Source: Perkinsus olseni (Eukaryota). Taken from it: 52,819 nucleotides of DNA. Both the position numbers and the translations under genes were made by a program. The DNA lies in assembly GCA_013115125.1 (NCBI GenBank), contig JABANN010000210.1, positions 1 to 52,819 of the forward strand, written 5' to 3'. Below are positions 48,235 to 52,819 of this stretch, piece by piece. The notes beneath the pieces are model-generated. The model had not been told where the DNA came from, did no database searches, and saw only the letters and a list, made by a program, of their open reading frames with translations. Each line of letters starts with the position of its first letter. Position 1 is the stretch's first letter.

Positions 48235-49400
48235 TCAGAGGTGGCTAGTGCAATCCTTCGCCGGCTGCCAGTGAAATGTAGAGTTCCGACGATCGAAGGC
48301 TAAGGTCGCGCCGCATTCGATCCTCAGGGTGGACATGTTAGGGCTAGTTGTTTCCGCATTGTAAGATTTTACTATTCTTTCACCGACTACCCGAGGATAA
48401 GCTCTCATTTGCTTGTGCATCGAACTCTGCGTTGTCTATTATTGAGTATGACAAGTTGGTGGAGATCACCTGCCGGAGAACCACATGGGCCGCCTGCATC
48501 CACGAAAGGTAGAACAACTCCGCCTGGCCACCATGGAAGAGCGGTGAGCCAGAAACGGTTTTGACTAAACCTTCCGCCACCGGCACCATAAGCCGCTGAA
48601 AGACGACTTCGAATCGAGCCCTAAGAGTTCAACAGATCGCTCTAATGTTGATGCCGCTGGGAGTTCAAAGTCACAACTTTGTGAGAACTTACCAAGCAAT
48701 ATCATATCATCGTCGAACGACCCAGTTATCATTGATAACTTATCAAGGTGACGCAATCGCTGTCATTACACGGTCGCTACAAAGGACACAGCACTGCGTC
48801 GGCGCGTCACACGGCATAACCCATGCCCGCCTTGCCAACGTCGTAATAAGCGACGGAGCTGTTTCGTGACGGACGGTGGCGGGGCTGTTTCTTAGCGTGT
48901 CAAACGCAAACGACGTCCACTGTACGCGCTAGAGTAGCGAAGTTCGATTGACTAGCCTGCTGTGTCTAAAGGTAGTCGCAAACTCTTTTCCCTACGACCT
49001 GAGAAAGACTCGAAAATTACCTTGTGACGAGGACCTCGTCGTAGAACCGCCCTTGCCGACCTTTCGCTAGATGGCCCTCCGTCCTTGAGCACTGCCCGAA
49101 CCAGCTCGCAGACGGTAAATATTTCAGAAATAATCAGACCGTCTGATTCAGACGACGAGGAAGAGCAAGTCGAGAACAGCGAACCGCGTTGAACAAATGC
49201 TACAATTGGCAGTGGCAAAAGGCATACTTCAACCTCACAATACCGGAGGACTGCCCACCCACACTCATTCACCGCCTTCGCGACATCGAGGCGATGCACA
49301 ATGGCAGGCCACATCACCCTAGCCCAGTGAGGGGACAAGGATTCGCTGGCGCGCGTTTGCATAGGTTCGCTAGACGAGCTTCCTTGTAGTGAGTAGTAAT
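48235..49400. mobile_element. Possible decayed retroelement fragments
   Basis: Minus-strand SFDDDMILLG...VELLGL resembles RT YxDD and LG motifs; many stops. Confidence 0.25.
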
Positions 49401-49917
49401 GATGTGGTGATGATCTCCTCGTTAATGCTGCTGCCCATTCCATCCCGTTCGAGCGTATGTGCACCAAGCTTCTGTGTTGCTTTATGAAACCGCTCTGAGG
49501 CTCCTCTCCGGCTCGGGTCGTCACTCCAGGTCACTTCGATTGTCTCCTCACTGTCTCCCAATTTTCTTTCCATAAATGACTCCATACTTTCTTCTCGGCA
49601 CAGTAGTGCCGTATTGAAGGTCTTACAGACCTGCTGCCTTCTGCTCTGACCATCACCCATTTCTTATTCATATGATGTTTCCAATCACGTGTCGTAATGC
49701 CTCTCATCTAGTACCACTGATGGCGTCAAGTTCGTGCGTGCGAGCCGAAAAGGATCGCGTGACGCAATCGATTGTTTCTATGCGCTTCGGACATGCTTTG
49801 ATGTCACTATCAACATGCTGGTGGCGCATGAACGTTCCGGTTCTCTCATATCCGTCCACTTCATGTGGAGAGTCTGAGATATGCCAATCCTATCAGTTCA
49901 CATTACATTCGATTCTC

Positions 49918-50328
49918 ATGAAATTCGTACTCGCTGTCGTCACTACTGTGCTCGTTGCTGCTGCTGAGTATTGTCAGGATATCTGCGATGGTCATGCCGC
50001 GTGTGCTGACTCGAAGTATGGTTCCTACTGCAAGGGCAATGGTGTCTGCTTCGGCCTCTACCATAAGGATGATGGTTACTGCTTCCAGCCGACTGAGCAG
50101 GATTCCTGTGATGATTATACCCTCGAGCCAGTTGCCTGCCCGGAGCCTCAGCCTACTTGCCAAGATGTCTGCAATGAGATGCCACAGTGCCGCGATTCTA
50201 AATGGGGTTCGTACTGCAAGACCTGGCAGAAACCTCAGGTCTGCTTCGGCATCATCAAGAAGAACGACGGGACTCTTTGTTTCGCTCCCACCGATCCTCA
50301 CTGCAAAGGTGATCCTTTTTATTGTTAA
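49918..50328 (+). CDS. Small secreted Cys-rich protein, third intact copy (136 aa)
   Basis: MKFVLAVVTTVLVAAAEYCQD...; core identical to the 47613 copy, with divergent signal peptide and C-terminus (TDPHCKGDPFYC). Confidence 0.9.
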   Translation: MKFVLAVVTTVLVAAAEYCQDICDGHAACADSKYGSYCKGNGVCFGLYHKDDGYCFQPTEQDSCDDYTLEPVACPEPQPTCQDVCNEMPQCRDSKWGSYCKTWQKPQVCFGIIKKNDGTLCFAPTDPHCKGDPFYC

Positions 50329-51221
50329 AATGACAATGAAATGATTTTTTCGTTTCTATTTCGATAATTTTTAAGATGATTCAAGGGACGAGGTTGCTCT
50401 TGAGAAGGGCATTTATGTTGCGTTGAGAGTGGTGAGTCGTCACCGGTGAACATTCGACCAATCAAGCTCTGTGCTTAACCTAAAGTCAGCCACAATAGTC
50501 TCCCGTAACTCCTAGACTCGGCTTGGGCACTATCAGGCCCAGTATCGATACGTATCATGATTCTCGTTCGGGCCTCCTCAACCAGACTGCTCCAAAGAGC
50601 GCTCGCGTCCCACGGGGTGGTGCAGGAGTGGCCTCCCGCCGCTGACAAAGCCCATCTATCATCGCGTCGTCTATCCTTGTGCTCCAATCTGAGCCGAGGT
50701 CCCACCTCCCACGCGCCCGAGTCCTTGCTTCGTTATGCGTGCCGCTCATTGAGCTCTTACGAAGTTTGCTGACAAGGCCATGTGCGTCATGGTGTATGAT
50801 CATGGAAGGAACTATGACGATTTTTCCTCAGCTAATAATATATCCCTGTGGGCAAGAGGTTCTTCAACTCAATTCCATGCCTGAAACTCGCCGAGTGCCA
50901 GCTCACCACTTATCCCGCGCGCTATTTCCGACGCTCGAACCGAGAAAGTGGACTGGACGTCTCCGACGGCATTAAGCTGTTCGAGGAGAGAGAATACTCT
51001 CTGGAACCATAGGTAAGAATCGGTTTTTGGCAATAAGAATCGTTTCCTTGATCGGGGGGCATTGTGAATGGGAATCGCCGTGACTTCTCGGGCTGGTCAT
51101 GATAGGCCACTTATGAACACGAGGGCATAATTGAGTGACATAAAGTGACATCAACATCATCGTATGAAAAGCATCAGGAGCCCTCGATAAGTAGGAAACC
51201 CGACTCGGGGGGTCAGCGAAC

Positions 51222-52469
51222 TCAATCTTGCTCCGGTTGATCGCGGCAACTCTTGCAGCGGCGGAACCGGGACTCCTCCCACCACTCTGAGGACCCTATC
51301 TCCTTCACCAAGGGCCTCTTGGAGCTCTCCAGTAGGACAATCTCACGGTCCAAGTCTACTGTGAGATGGTATTCGAGGAAGAAGAACCGGCCCAGGATGA
51401 ATAGATCAGGAGGGAGATTGACAGAACTTGCGTCGATCACTTGCAGTCTACACCAGCCGCTTTCACATACCTGAGCGTGGTTGCTCAAGTGTAACTTGAA
51501 GGTGGACGGTGAATCAGCTTGAATGACTAGTGCAGGAAGCCGTTCGGCGACACTTTCTCGAAACCAGAGGTCGTCCTCGTCATCGATATACGCAGCCAGT
51601 CCCTGCTCATCCGTAGGAGGAGGCCTCCTCGATTTCTTCCAGTTGACGCGATCCGGACCGAACTCTACCTCGAAAGCTTCCAATATCCTCGCGAATATCT
51701 CCGAGGGGACGATAGTTGAATCACAGCCAGTGTCGAAGTGAATGTAATGACAGGCCACCGCAGGGTCGGCGGAGGTACTCGTCACGTAAACTGCAGAGAT
51801 GACGCCTGTGATTGCACCACTCGTTGACGGGAGGTCCACGAGGCGGAGTGATGCTGTGTCTTCAGTTTTCTTCGTCTCTTTGCCGAGGACCAACTGGCCA
51901 GTGATTCCCTCTGACAACCTGGTCGTATGGATCGAAACAATGTAACGGGCAAGCACCTCGGCCTCCACAAGCTGCTCGACGAAAGAGGTTGTCCCGAACC
52001 CTGGATCGAACTTGGGTGGTGGGAGGCCTAGTCCGAGCATGGCGTTCGGTTGGATCTCTTCCTCTACACGCGTGCTATTTATGAGCAGGCCCATCAGAAA
52101 GTGGCTGATATTCCGTCCGGCGATCTCCAACGTCACTTCTCGATAAACAAATACGAGGACCTGTCCGCTACCGTAGCCAACAGTGTGGAAACCTCGAGAC
52201 AGCAAACTGTCTGGGGTACACGGATCAGTTGGGGGGCAGAAGTAGCAACCCGAGACGAGATACTCGCAGGAGCCGACCCCGTAGATGGACTCATACCAAT
52301 CACCGTATACTAGGTATGCGTTGGAGCTACCGGTGTCGACCAGAAGGTTCACCAGGTGCCCATCGGCAGTCATCTCTACTCTATTGCGCTCGATCGGAAG
52401 CGTTAATACCGATGAGGTGAAAGCCGGACTCCGCACTGCTGCCGAGTGGAAGGCGACGGAGCGGAGCAT
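51222..52469 (-). CDS. Pepsin-like aspartic protease (A1)
   Basis: Two catalytic motifs LLVDTGSS and IHFDTGCD, flap YGSG, ILGRFFF; intronless, 415 aa. Confidence 0.9.
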   Translation of the reverse strand: MLRSVAFHSAAVRSPAFTSSVLTLPIERNRVEMTADGHLVNLLVDTGSSNAYLVYGDWYESIYGVGSCEYLVSGCYFCPPTDPCTPDSLLSRGFHTVGYGSGQVLVFVYREVTLEIAGRNISHFLMGLLINSTRVEEEIQPNAMLGLGLPPPKFDPGFGTTSFVEQLVEAEVLARYIVSIHTTRLSEGITGQLVLGKETKKTEDTASLRLVDLPSTSGAITGVISAVYVTSTSADPAVACHYIHFDTGCDSTIVPSEIFARILEAFEVEFGPDRVNWKKSRRPPPTDEQGLAAYIDDEDDLWFRESVAERLPALVIQADSPSTFKLHLSNHAQVCESGWCRLQVIDASSVNLPPDLFILGRFFFLEYHLTVDLDREIVLLESSKRPLVKEIGSSEWWEESRFRRCKSCRDQPEQD

Positions 52470-52819
52470 TACGTAAAGGAAGCTCTACTGCGGACGATAC
52501 GATGTCCAGTCGCGATTTGATGACTACCAGAAGCTTTGACTAGGCAGGTGCGTTCGAACTCAAGGCTAAGCTGCGAATTGGTAGAACCCTTTTGGGTTGC
52601 ACGTTCGCGATTTCTTTGGTCAGAGGAATCGATCTCCAAGGAACCCAGCCGATTCCTAGCGGGGTGGTGGCCAGCACCTTCATTAGGAGAAAACTCCGCC
52701 ACTAAGTGGAGCGGGAGCGGAAAAAATGCGATAGCCCGAAATTGAAATGGAAACCCATAGACGCTGAGGTTGGGAGAGGCATACGCGAAACCAGAACCCG
52801 CGAGAGGGGACACCAGGTG

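Noticed and set aside
52170-52179. ACCGTAGCCA resembling the start of the Perkinsus/dinoflagellate spliced leader
   Set aside because: Only 10 nt match, it lies antisense inside the aspartic protease CDS, and the remainder of the leader is absent.

Overview
Eukaryotic protist DNA with short GT-AG introns; the gene families and style suggest an alveolate such as Perkinsus (inference). The window is dominated by a ~7 kb inverted duplication (about 12583-19778 and 41427-48080). The arms carry Cys-rich secreted/mucin genes, an F-box-like beta-propeller gene and a hypervariable secreted gene. A partial third copy (653-4972) is bounded exactly by 202-bp TGT-terminated inverted repeats. The ~21.6 kb spacer holds an internally deleted DIRS-type tyrosine-recombinase retroelement, a non-autonomous hAT-like element with an 8-bp TSD, TruD/Pus7, a cathepsin L-like protease, AIP1/WDR1 and an FkbM methyltransferase-Sel1 gene. 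A pepsin-like aspartic protease lies near the right end. The most striking unexplained signal is a stereotyped 22-bp scar, X[1-7]+revcomp(X)+X[2-8] for an 8-mer X. It occurs 7 times perfectly and 5 times with one mismatch, and paralogous empty sites and a repaired RT reading frame show it is a 14-bp insertion. It is best explained as hAT hairpin-excision footprints repaired by microhomology annealing. All alignments and counts were done by eye.
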